From assembly GCA_024683675.1 (NCBI GenBank), contig JAIKYB010000074.1, positions 680 to 64,679 of the forward strand: DNA of 64,000 bases, in the 5' to 3' direction. Each line of letters opens with the position of its first letter. Position 1 is the first letter of the stretch. Below the pieces are notes generated by a model that saw only the letters and a list, made by a program, of their open reading frames with translations, made no database searches and was not told the origin of the DNA. Source of the DNA: Treponema sp. Its GTDB lineage: Bacteria > Spirochaetota > Spirochaetia > Treponematales > Treponemataceae. The position numbers and the translations under genes are program-made. Positions 47,885-57,145 of this stretch are shown in pieces.

Positions 47885-50800
47885 TCAAAGCTGGACAGTC
47901 TCCTTATGTCTGATAAAGTAAAGGTATAAAGAGATTTTATCTTGCTTTACCTTGAGCATTTTAGAAGCAGCTTCTCTATAACACTCCTGCTGAGCTCTGT
48001 AATATTCTGCTTTAATTTCTTTATCTGATTTGTAGTCTACGATTGTGTAACTTTTATCAGGATTTTCATAAATTAAGTCTATGGAACCTGTATAAATAGT
48101 TCCTTTTAAGAACATTCTGAAAGCCCATTCTGCTCTTATAAAACGACCGGCAGCTTTTGCCTCCATTGCTTCCTTTCCTTTTGGAGATTGGGCAAATTCT
48201 TCAACATATTTAATGCAGACCGCTTTATTTTCTTCAATTTCCTTATCACTTAAATCCTTAAAAAGAGCTTTTGCAGGCTGGTATTCCTTTGGATTAAGAC
48301 CATTTATAAAGGCTTCCATATAGGAGTGAACAAGAGTACCAAAATCAGCAGCAGAAAAATGACTGTTTTCCAGGTAGTCCTCTGCTTTTTCGTATTTTTC
48401 ACCGCCTTCTATGTCTTCTTTATCTGCTTCCTTTTCAAGTGCACTAGGCGATGACCGAGGAACCGCCTTATTTTCAATCAAAATTTCCCTGGCCCCCGCA
48501 TAAGCTTCCCGCAAGTGCACAAGTGCCTCCTTTCGTAAAGAATCCAAATCCTCCTCTTCTTTACTAAGACAGCTGTAATCCATAATAGGAAGCTTTTCTA
48601 AATCATAGCCCAAACCTTCTTTGTAAAAACTTTCATCTTCGCTGGAAAAAGCCTGAGGATAATCATTTTCAATCATCTTTTCAAAGAGCCTTAGATTTGT
48701 AGCTGTGTTTTCCTTTTTTTCTGCCTTATAGCTTCCAACAACCCAAACATCAGAAATTGCTCTGGTAATTCCGACATAAATCAGGCGGCGGAATTCTGCA
48801 ACTTCCTTTTTCTTAGAAAACTCATCTTCAAGTAACTGGAAATAATTTTTTTCTCCCTTTTCTGTTTTTATAGTTACTCCATATTTTTCATCAAAAATTA
48901 TACTGTTTTTATTGCCCTTAAAGCCGGCATTAAAACAACCGTAAAGAAAAACATGCTTAAACTGAAGGCCCTTACTCTTATGAATTGTCATTATTCTTAC
49001 GGCTGACTCTCTTTCCAGAGGATAATCTGCGGAGCTGGCATCTAAATCAGCATCCTCTTTACTTAAAGAATGCTTAATTATTTCCAGCTGATCAATAAAC
49101 CAGGCAATGCTTTTTCCCTGACTGTCTGCCTGTCTTGCAAGCTCAAAGAGCAGGTCAAAATGCTCTGCACAAAGGTTTGTTTCTGCAGTCAGCATGGTTT
49201 CGTATTTATAGCCCTTTTCCTGCCATAAAATACTGAGGGTTTCTGTAAGCTGTCTTTGTAAAACCAAAGGCGCTTCCCTGCGGAAAAAGCCCTGGTCTGC
49301 CATGCAGTCTTCATCTAAAAGATTAATATTATCTGCCAGCAGCTCTTCTACTTTTGCAAGAGAAAGTCCGCAGAAAGGGGAAGTTAAATAGCTGGCAAGT
49401 GCATTTTTATCATTAGGATAAACACATAGTCTTAAGAAGTTATAAAAATCGTTTATAAGTCCTTCTTCAAAAAGATTACTTGCCTGATCAAGAACATAAG
49501 GAATATTAAAAAGACTAAGGTATCTTGTAATTAAGCGTCGGTCTGTTCTTGATTTATCAAGAATTGCAAAGTTATCCCAATTTTGCTCTTCTTTTCCCAG
49601 CTCATAAATCTTTTTAGCAATAAAATAGGCTGCCTCTTCCTTTTTAGGAAGTAGTTCAAGCTCATTTTCCTTGGCCCATTCTTCTTTTTCCTGATATGCT
49701 TCTTCATCTAAAATTGCCAGATGAATAGGCACATTTTCCTTATTCAATTCAGGCAGCTCAATTCCATTTTTAAGGGCTTCCTTTTTGTAATAAGCCTCGT
49801 AAAAAATCTCTCTGTCAGTTTTTTCAGACAGAGGAAGAAAAATTCCTTCTCCGTTTTTAAAAATCAGGTTAAAGGCTTCTACCAGCTCCTTATCTGAACG
49901 GTAGTTATAAGTCATAGGAATCAGTTCATTTTCCCCATCCTTTGTAAGCTCGTTAAATACACTTACATCTGCCCCTCGGAAGCGGTAAATAGACTGTTTT
50001 TCATCTCCTACAAAGAAAAGCTTACCGGGACTTCTTTTATCCTCTATGATTTTTCCATCCTTTCTTATTATTATTTGTGAAATTAGAGGATTTTCTATGC
50101 TGTCTTCAATTACACATTTGCCCTTATCTTCAAATTCCCCGGGCTTTAAGGCAAGAATATAAAGTAAATCACGATTTCGTCCGTTGTTGTCCTGGAATTC
50201 GTCTATCATGATTTTTTTATAGGCATTTTTTTCCTGATTTCTTATATCTTCCTGTTCCTTCAGGATCTTTAAAGCCATGGCTGTTACATCTGTAAAGGAA
50301 AGCTGACCTGAAAGTCTTTTACTTTCGTTTACCTTTTCCATAAAATCATCAAAAAGCTCCATTTGAGCTCTGATTTCAGGATACTGACTGATATAAGAAA
50401 GCATTGCATTTGCAGTTTTTATCTGATCATCCCTCATGCTTGTAATTAAAGGCCTGATTTTTTGGATATAACCACTTTTGAATTTTGGAAGCTTCATAAA
50501 AGTGTTTATAAAGGCCTTTACCATCTGGATAGCTTTTTGCAATTTTTCAGAATTTGAATGAATATCTTGGTCACTGATGCATTCCATATCCTTTAGGGAA
50601 TAAAAGGCATTTATAGCATCGCGAAGTGCATTTACGTAAGGGGCCTTAGATAAATCGTCCTTGGCGGGGTTGTCATTTAGAGCAGCTTCTACTGTGGAAA
50701 TTGCCCTACTAAGAAGAGAGTCACCCAGAAAGTAAAGGTTCCAGTCTTCTGATAGCTTACTGATTTGCAGATTAAACTTTTCTATAAAGAATCCCTTAGG

Positions 50801-51379
50801 ACTTGCCAGATTAGTATAGGAATCTATTGTCATTGCGAGGATTTCTTCTGCATAATTTTGAAGGCCGCCTGCTTTTGCAAAGGCTTTTACAGCCGGGTGA
50901 TTTAAGTTTCCGAGCAGATAGGAAAAAGCCTGCTGACGGATATTGTGCTTCCCGTCTGCGGAACCTGTAGAAAAGTCTGGCTTTATGCCGTAGCGGTTTG
51001 CGCATTGACGCACAATGGAAGCTGAGTAGGAGTCCAGGGTTTGAATATGGGCATTGGCAAAGTCTTTAAGGGCCTCCTGGGCCAGAGTTTTTTCTTTTTC
51101 GCCCAGAGAAGCCTGGCTGAAAAATTTGAGTGTCTGGTAAATGCGCTGATACATTTCTGCAGCCGCTTTATTTGTAAAGGTCAGGGTAAGGATTTGGTCT
51201 GCCTTTGCCTGTCCTGTAAGAACAAGCCAGGCAAAGCGAGTCGCAAGAACCTGAGTTTTTCCAGAACCGGCACCTGCCGCTATTACTGCATTATTTTCTG
51301 CTCTTAAGGCCTGGAGCTGAGCTGTATCAAGAGGTTTTTCTAAAAGCTCCAGAAAAGAATCATTCCTAATATTACTCAT
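47885..51379 (-). CDS. addA: AddA-like helicase/nuclease
   Basis: AGAGSGKT, TFTNKAA, DEFQD, VGDEKQSIYRFRGA, MTIHKSKGLQF, YVGITRA, GSIDL...VDYKS. Confidence 0.92.
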   Translation of the reverse strand: MSNIRNDSFLELLEKPLDTAQLQALRAENNAVIAAGAGSGKTQVLATRFAWLVLTGQAKADQILTLTFTNKAAAEMYQRIYQTLKFFSQASLGEKEKTLAQEALKDFANAHIQTLDSYSASIVRQCANRYGIKPDFSTGSADGKHNIRQQAFSYLLGNLNHPAVKAFAKAGGLQNYAEEILAMTIDSYTNLASPKGFFIEKFNLQISKLSEDWNLYFLGDSLLSRAISTVEAALNDNPAKDDLSKAPYVNALRDAINAFYSLKDMECISDQDIHSNSEKLQKAIQMVKAFINTFMKLPKFKSGYIQKIRPLITSMRDDQIKTANAMLSYISQYPEIRAQMELFDDFMEKVNESKRLSGQLSFTDVTAMALKILKEQEDIRNQEKNAYKKIMIDEFQDNNGRNRDLLYILALKPGEFEDKGKCVIEDSIENPLISQIIIRKDGKIIEDKRSPGKLFFVGDEKQSIYRFRGADVSVFNELTKDGENELIPMTYNYRSDKELVEAFNLIFKNGEGIFLPLSEKTDREIFYEAYYKKEALKNGIELPELNKENVPIHLAILDEEAYQEKEEWAKENELELLPKKEEAAYFIAKKIYELGKEEQNWDNFAILDKSRTDRRLITRYLSLFNIPYVLDQASNLFEEGLINDFYNFLRLCVYPNDKNALASYLTSPFCGLSLAKVEELLADNINLLDEDCMADQGFFRREAPLVLQRQLTETLSILWQEKGYKYETMLTAETNLCAEHFDLLFELARQADSQGKSIAWFIDQLEIIKHSLSKEDADLDASSADYPLERESAVRIMTIHKSKGLQFKHVFLYGCFNAGFKGNKNSIIFDEKYGVTIKTEKGEKNYFQLLEDEFSKKKEVAEFRRLIYVGITRAISDVWVVGSYKAEKKENTATNLRLFEKMIENDYPQAFSSEDESFYKEGLGYDLEKLPIMDYSCLSKEEEDLDSLRKEALVHLREAYAGAREILIENKAVPRSSPSALEKEADKEDIEGGEKYEKAEDYLENSHFSAADFGTLVHSYMEAFINGLNPKEYQPAKALFKDLSDKEIEENKAVCIKYVEEFAQSPKGKEAMEAKAAGRFIRAEWAFRMFLKGTIYTGSIDLIYENPDKSYTIVDYKSDKEIKAEYYRAQQECYREAASKMLKVKQDKISLYLYFIRHKETVQL

Positions 51380-54368
51380 TGTCTATGCTCCTTATTTCTT
51401 TTCCTGCAAGTCTGTAGCTGCTTCTGCAGATTGTCTTAAAGTTACAGGCAGCACAATCTTTGTATTTTGAAACATTTAGTTTATCCTTCCTCTTTTTTGA
51501 AGTATGAGGTTCAAAGGCCTGTCTGTCTTCCCGGATTACGGTGGAAGCAAAAAGCTCTGCGTAGTTTATGGTCTCTGAAATTGAATCGGAAAAGTTTTCT
51601 AATGTATCATTTGTAAATTCATCAGTTACGCAGCACTTGTCTCTATCTGATATAGAATAAAAATAACCGGCTTTAATATTTTCTATATTGTCCTTTCCCA
51701 TAAGGGTGTAATAAACCGCCATTTGAAAATCCTTTAGTATAGAATCTTCATCGGGAATAAGGTCTTTCTTTGCTGGTATTGAAGATTTACTGTTTTTATA
51801 ATCAATAATTATATAGTCTTCATCCGGGCTGATAATAAGACAATCTATAACTCCCAGATATGTAAAATTCTTTAGACCAAGGCTTTTTACTTCTTCCAGA
51901 GCGGCAACAGAACAGTTTCCAATTCCATTTATTTTGTTTCTCTCTCCCTTTGCGCTATAGCTTTCTCCGTAAGGAAGCAGCAATGTTTTAAGGAAGGAAT
52001 AAATAACGTCAGCAATGGCTTCTTTTTGCGAAAGCAGGGTTTCTATAACTAAAGGACTATCGCGGAAATCAGATGGAGCTTTTATAGCCTTTTCTGTAAT
52101 TGAAATAAGATTTTCCCTGATTTCCTGACTGCAGTCTCCCTTTAATGCTGCCATAAAAGAATCTTTTTCCTTATCATAATATGGAAGTATGGCTTCTTTA
52201 TATTGCTCCATAAAAAGTTCCATTATTTTATGATTAAGGTTTCCCATATCAAAGTTTTGCATAAGACTTGTATCAAGAGTGTCATCTTTTAAAGACAGAA
52301 CTGCTTTTAAAAGCCATTTGCGTGGACAAGGAAAAAAGCGTTCCAGATCTGAACGAGGACTGATAATTGCTTTACCCTGAAGTTCTTCAGGAAGCCTTCC
52401 GGCCTTCTTTTCCATAGTGTGATATTTAATAGCTTCTAAGAGCTTAGGGCTAAGTTTTTCATCATCCTTTTCATCTGTTTTTAAGCAGAAGCTTTCCCAG
52501 TTTGCAAAAGAAGCTTTTTGTAAACTGGTATATTGCTTAAAGTTATTCTTTCCTTTAAGAATTAAATCTCTTTCAGAAAGGACAAAATCATCATAAGTAT
52601 TGCTATCATCTATAATTTCTAGAGAACTATGAGGAATTGCAAAGCCGTTAAAGCTTTCTTCTGCACTTGAAAAAACTATATGGTCAGCATCCTTAGCATA
52701 AAGCTTTATAAAGGCATCTGCAGCCGGAACACTCTTATCTTCTTCCAATAGCTTAAGCTTAGATCTTTTAGTTGTATTTAGAAAGCTGAGTCTCTTATAA
52801 GCAATATCAAGATTATCCTGTGAAGCATCTATTACAAACTGATATTTTATACTTGCAGCTGCAGAAAGCTTATAAGGATAGATAGAAATACCAAAGGCCT
52901 TGTTCTGTTTGGTATAAGTCTTTTTATCCAGCTCCTGTAAATAAAAATCATAAGGAGAATTAATTTGCAGCTGGCAATCCTTATAGCTTTCTTCTATTTG
53001 TATAAGGTTACCAAGCTCCTTTATACAACGGCTTAATATGTTATTAGCATCTTCTGAAAAGTCTTTATCTTCCTTAAGAAAGGCTGTCTTAAATTCCATC
53101 CAGCAGTTACGGATATGAATAAAGGCTTGTCCGAATTCCTGGGGCTGAAAGAAATTATTAACCAGGTATTTGAGCTTTTGATAAAATTCCTTGAGTTCTG
53201 TGTAACGTTTTAGCTGGCTTTCGGGGTCACTTTTTCCAGCTTTGCCGGCTTTTTCAGCTTTTTCAAAATAGGAGATTTTTGAATTTAGAGCTGAAAGCCA
53301 GATGTCTTTACCGCCTTCTGCAGAGCTAAGACATCTCATGCGGCTGCCTTCTGCTATAAGGTCAAACTTTGTAGATATAATAGAATCCTTCCAGGGCAGG
53401 TAGTCATCCAAAAGCAGGGCTCTTAAAGAATCATAACTAAAGGAGGAAGTATAACAGTCGGAAATCTCGTGAAATATTTTACCGGCACAATTTTTTGTAA
53501 GGCTTTCGCCAGCGCGGATAACAAAGGGTATTCCGTAAAGACTAAGCTCCCTTTTAAGATAGGGCCTGTAAATATCAAGCTTTGGAATACTTAAAGCTAT
53601 TTGACTCCAGTCTGCCTTACCGGAAGTAACCAGTTCCCTTATACGCAAAATTGTTTTTCTTAGTTCACTGCGGGAATCAGGGTATAAATATGCTTTAGGA
53701 GAAGGAAGCTTAGAAGGCAGAGTGAAAATAGTAACATTATCAGCCTGGGATAAAAGCTCCTTATAATCAGAAAAGTCCTCCAATAATTCCGGATAAAAAA
53801 TATAGATTTTTCTATTGCTATCAGACAGGGCTTTAGCATCAATCCAGGCAGGTTCAAAAAGCTTGTTATTTTCAAGGAAGTCCTTGTATTCATCATAAAG
53901 CTTTTTATAGTCTTTATCTTCAGCGTCAAGCTCCCCATAATCAGGGTTTTCTTCAAGTCTTTTTTGCCAGAAATGCAGGGAAGGAAGGCTTTTACATAAC
54001 CAGTCTGCAAAGTTATCTGCATTTTTTGCATATTGGTCCTGCGGATTTATAATGCTCTGAAAGCGCTCTTCTACGGGCTTATGGGCATTTTTTGTTATTA
54101 TATCACTTATAAAGAATTTTCTTAAAACAGAAGGAACAGCTGAATAGCCCTCTTTCGCCGCTCCCAAATATTGAGATTTAAACTTATCCCAGGCAGTAAA
54201 ATATTCAAAAGGAAGTGCTTCTATGCCCGATTCTTCCGGATGCAAAAGTAAATAGTCAATCCAGGAATTCATTACGACATCTGTAGAAAATACAAACAAG
54301 GCTTTTTCTTCAAGCTGCTGGTAAAGGGCCTTAGCTATTTCAGAAGGTGATAATTCTTTTATATTCAT
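51372..54368 (-). CDS. addB: AddB-like PD-(D/E)XK nuclease subunit
   Basis: CP near the start of the nuclease domain, G.IDC...IIDYK, Q...Y, CxxC...C Fe-S staple; overlaps addA. Confidence 0.85.
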   Translation of the reverse strand: MNIKELSPSEIAKALYQQLEEKALFVFSTDVVMNSWIDYLLLHPEESGIEALPFEYFTAWDKFKSQYLGAAKEGYSAVPSVLRKFFISDIITKNAHKPVEERFQSIINPQDQYAKNADNFADWLCKSLPSLHFWQKRLEENPDYGELDAEDKDYKKLYDEYKDFLENNKLFEPAWIDAKALSDSNRKIYIFYPELLEDFSDYKELLSQADNVTIFTLPSKLPSPKAYLYPDSRSELRKTILRIRELVTSGKADWSQIALSIPKLDIYRPYLKRELSLYGIPFVIRAGESLTKNCAGKIFHEISDCYTSSFSYDSLRALLLDDYLPWKDSIISTKFDLIAEGSRMRCLSSAEGGKDIWLSALNSKISYFEKAEKAGKAGKSDPESQLKRYTELKEFYQKLKYLVNNFFQPQEFGQAFIHIRNCWMEFKTAFLKEDKDFSEDANNILSRCIKELGNLIQIEESYKDCQLQINSPYDFYLQELDKKTYTKQNKAFGISIYPYKLSAAASIKYQFVIDASQDNLDIAYKRLSFLNTTKRSKLKLLEEDKSVPAADAFIKLYAKDADHIVFSSAEESFNGFAIPHSSLEIIDDSNTYDDFVLSERDLILKGKNNFKQYTSLQKASFANWESFCLKTDEKDDEKLSPKLLEAIKYHTMEKKAGRLPEELQGKAIISPRSDLERFFPCPRKWLLKAVLSLKDDTLDTSLMQNFDMGNLNHKIMELFMEQYKEAILPYYDKEKDSFMAALKGDCSQEIRENLISITEKAIKAPSDFRDSPLVIETLLSQKEAIADVIYSFLKTLLLPYGESYSAKGERNKINGIGNCSVAALEEVKSLGLKNFTYLGVIDCLIISPDEDYIIIDYKNSKSSIPAKKDLIPDEDSILKDFQMAVYYTLMGKDNIENIKAGYFYSISDRDKCCVTDEFTNDTLENFSDSISETINYAELFASTVIREDRQAFEPHTSKKRKDKLNVSKYKDCAACNFKTICRSSYRLAGKEIRSIDNE

Positions 54369-54450
54369 GTTTAATATTATAAGTTACTTATATTGATTTT
54401 TCTATAAATTTACTCTGGTAAAATTTTTCTGCTGATATTAGAATGCAGAT

Positions 54451-55662
54451 ATGGATATAGCACATTTACAGTTAGTGCAGAATGCTATGGATTCTGCCGT
54501 AAAGGCAAATAAAATTGCCGGATTAAACCTTATGGTTTTTAAAGATGATTGTCAGCTTGGTTATTGGCAGTCTGGTTTTGCAGATGTTGAGGCAAAACGT
54601 CCTTTTACAAAAGATACAATCTGCAGAATGTTTTCAATGACAAAAACCATTACTTCTGTTGCTTCTATGATTTTACTGGAAGAGGGTAAAATAGATCTTC
54701 ATGAAGAAGTTTACCGTTATATTCCTGCCTTCAAAAATCTTAAGATTTCTACTGGTAAGGGCCGCGATAGTGAAATAAGAAATGCCTCTCGTCCACTTTT
54801 AATTCAGGATCTGCTGAATATGACAAGCGGCTATACTTACGGGGCCTGGTGGGATGGCGCTCCAGCTGGAGAACATCTTACTTCTGATTTAATTAATGAG
54901 CTGAATAAGGATATTACTGGTGCTAATAGAATTACTACCAGAGAAGTTGCAGACCGTCTTGCAGAAATTCCTGTCAGCTTTGAACCGGGAACTGCTTATG
55001 CCTATGGACTTTCAGCTGATATTATGGGGGCACTTATAGAAGTTGTAACTGGAATGAAATACAGCGACTTCCTTAAAAAGCGTATCTTAAATCCTCTTGG
55101 AATGACTGATACTGATTTTTATGTGCCTGCAGAAAAACAGGCACGTCTTGCTAAAGCATATTCTTCTGTTGAAGATGAAAATGGTCGTCACCTGGAATTA
55201 TTTACGGGGCCTAATCTTGGTATTTCTAATGATATGTCCAGAGCGCCTGCCTTTGAAAGTGGTGGCGCCGGCCTTTGCAGTACCGTAGAAGATTATATGA
55301 AGTTTACCTCTATGCTTACAAATGGTGGCCAGTTAAACGGAAAGAGAATCCTTCATAAAAAGACTCTAGACTTCCTTGCAAATTCAAGACTTCGTGCAGA
55401 CCTGCAGGAAAGCTTTAATCGTAATATGGAGCATCTTTCTGGTTATACCTATTGTAATTTTATGCGGGTTGCATTTGAACCAGGCCACTGTAAGGCAATG
55501 ACCGAGCTTGGAGAAATGGGCTGGGACGGCTGGCTTGGACCATACCTTTCTGTAGATATGAAAAACGGCTTGTCTATTGTAATGACCATGCAAATGACCA
55601 ATGCAGGAACTACAGATACTACCCGTAAGATAAAGAACATCATTTACTCATCATTGACATAG
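54451..55662 (+). CDS. Serine hydrolase, beta-lactamase fold (family VIII esterase-like)
   Basis: FSMTK (SxxK), LLNMTSG, FEPG..YAY, GWDG; no signal peptide. Confidence 0.88.
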   Translation: MDIAHLQLVQNAMDSAVKANKIAGLNLMVFKDDCQLGYWQSGFADVEAKRPFTKDTICRMFSMTKTITSVASMILLEEGKIDLHEEVYRYIPAFKNLKISTGKGRDSEIRNASRPLLIQDLLNMTSGYTYGAWWDGAPAGEHLTSDLINELNKDITGANRITTREVADRLAEIPVSFEPGTAYAYGLSADIMGALIEVVTGMKYSDFLKKRILNPLGMTDTDFYVPAEKQARLAKAYSSVEDENGRHLELFTGPNLGISNDMSRAPAFESGGAGLCSTVEDYMKFTSMLTNGGQLNGKRILHKKTLDFLANSRLRADLQESFNRNMEHLSGYTYCNFMRVAFEPGHCKAMTELGEMGWDGWLGPYLSVDMKNGLSIVMTMQMTNAGTTDTTRKIKNIIYSSLT

Positions 55663-55718
55663 TTTTATCTTATTGTTAAAATACTCTATTATCTTTGGGG
55701 ATTATTTTGGGGGTAGAA

Positions 55719-55916
55719 ATGGTTTTTCCATTGGAACAATTGGTTGAATATAACGGAAACATCTACGAAATCACAGTGGCTGCAAGCCTTCGTGCATATC
55801 AGATGGCTAAAATTAATGACCCGGAAATTGAAGCAAATCATGATAAGGTTGTTTGTGCAGCTGCAAAACAGCTCTTTACCAATAAGGTAACATATCGTAT
55901 TGAACACAAGGACTAA
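55719..55916 (+). CDS. rpoZ: RNA polymerase omega subunit
   Basis: N.YE.TVAA..RA.Q and KVV..A motifs; start revised to the ATG after GGGGG. Confidence 0.8.
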   Translation: MVFPLEQLVEYNGNIYEITVAASLRAYQMAKINDPEIEANHDKVVCAAAKQLFTNKVTYRIEHKD

Positions 55917-56892
55917 TAAAACTCCTGTAGTGGTGATTTTTGCACCAACTGCTTCCGGTAAGACTGCCCTGACGAAAGAATTATTCTCTCCAAGCGGCAG
56001 TCATTTTATTTTAAAGGGCGAAATAATAAGTGCAGATTCACAGCAGGTTTACAAGGGTATGGATATTGGAACTGCAAAGCCGGATGCCGATTTTTGTTCT
56101 TTAATTCCACATCATCTTATAGATTTACTCACTCCTTTTGAGCAATGGAACGTTTCAGATTTTCTTGATGCCGCCGATGCCGCCTGTAAGGATATTTATT
56201 CAAGGGGCAGGCTGCCTGTTATTGCAGGTGGAACTGGTTTTTACATAAGAAGCTTTTTATATGGAGTTCCTCCAACCCCGGAATCTGATTCAGAATTAAG
56301 AGAAAGCCTGAAAGAAAGAATTGCAAAGGAAGGAAATCTTGTTCTTTATAAAGAATTGCAGGCTCTGGATCCAGAAAGTGCTGCAAAAATACATCCTAAC
56401 GATGCTTACAGAATCTGTCGTGCTCTGGAAGTTTATAAGCTTTCCGGAAAAAAACGTTCTTCTTATCAAATATCTCAGCATTTAAGAGAGTTTTATGATT
56501 TTCTTTTTATAGTTCTTGAGCCTTCAAGAGAACTTTTATATGAAAGAATCCGTCAGAGGGTAGATTTAATGTTTCAAATGGGACTGGAAGAGGAAGTTCG
56601 CTCCCTTATAGAGCAGGGCTGTAATGCGGATACTCCCGCTATGAAGGCAATAGGTTATAGTGAATGGTTTAATAAAAATCCTCAGTCTTCAGATGATTTT
56701 TTAAGAGAAGCTGAGCTTGTAAAAGAAGAAATTAAACATCACAGTTGTAAATATGCAAAAAAGCAGTACACCTATATCAGAGATATTCCCGGAAGTCTGA
56801 GAATCGATTATAGCGGAAGTGATGCAGATATGGAGCAAATAGCGGCTCTAATTTCCCAGAAATTTAAGGGATATGAAGACTTTGTGTATTGA
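55900..56892 (+). CDS. miaA: tRNA dimethylallyltransferase
   Basis: PTASGKT, DSQQVYKGMDIGTAK, GGTGFY, AIGY, YAKKQ. Confidence 0.96.
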   Translation: MNTRTNKTPVVVIFAPTASGKTALTKELFSPSGSHFILKGEIISADSQQVYKGMDIGTAKPDADFCSLIPHHLIDLLTPFEQWNVSDFLDAADAACKDIYSRGRLPVIAGGTGFYIRSFLYGVPPTPESDSELRESLKERIAKEGNLVLYKELQALDPESAAKIHPNDAYRICRALEVYKLSGKKRSSYQISQHLREFYDFLFIVLEPSRELLYERIRQRVDLMFQMGLEEEVRSLIEQGCNADTPAMKAIGYSEWFNKNPQSSDDFLREAELVKEEIKHHSCKYAKKQYTYIRDIPGSLRIDYSGSDADMEQIAALISQKFKGYEDFVY

Positions 56893-56917
56893 CATTTTTT
56901 TTCACTTCTGTGATAAT
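56889..56917 (+). promoter_or_regulatory. sigma-70 promoter of the bS22-like gene
   Basis: TTGACA-17 nt-GATAAT with a TG extension. Confidence 0.7.
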
Positions 56918-56947
56918 ACAAACACTTTATAAAGTAGGAGTGCCATC

Positions 56948-57034
56948 GTGCCTTGTGGAAAGAAAAGAAAGCGCCAGAAGATGGCGACACATAAGCGAAA
57001 GAAGATGCTTAGACGTAATCGACATAAGAGCTAG
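56948..57034 (+). CDS. 28-aa basic protein, ribosomal protein bS22 (AURKAIP1/COX24/mS38 family)
   Basis: SD AGGAG, GTG start, MPCGKKRKRQKMATHKRKKMLRRNRHKS; too short for the ORF track. Confidence 0.88.
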   Translation: MPCGKKRKRQKMATHKRKKMLRRNRHKS

Positions 57035-57063
57035 TAGTTTTTAGGTCGAAAATTGTGTCACAT

Positions 57064-57112
57064 AGACCGCCACGTGGCGACAAATAGTCGCCGCCTGCGG
57101 TCTTTTTTTTTA
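57064..57112 (+). terminator. Intrinsic terminator after bS22
   Basis: AGACCGC...GGCGAC-AAATA-GTCGCC...GCGGTCT followed by a T run. Confidence 0.8.
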
Positions 57113-57145
57113 GTAGGGGATACTTCCCCTTGTACGAGGTTTATT

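Noticed and set aside
54451-55662. Beta-lactamase resistance gene
   Set aside because: No signal peptide and esterase-type motifs; more likely a cytoplasmic family VIII esterase
57053-57145. ORF-track N-terminal extension of dxs
   Set aside because: It runs through a terminator hairpin, has no SD and does not resemble Dxs; the longer starts at 14045, 16343, 36386, 55695 and 60549 were trimmed for similar reasons
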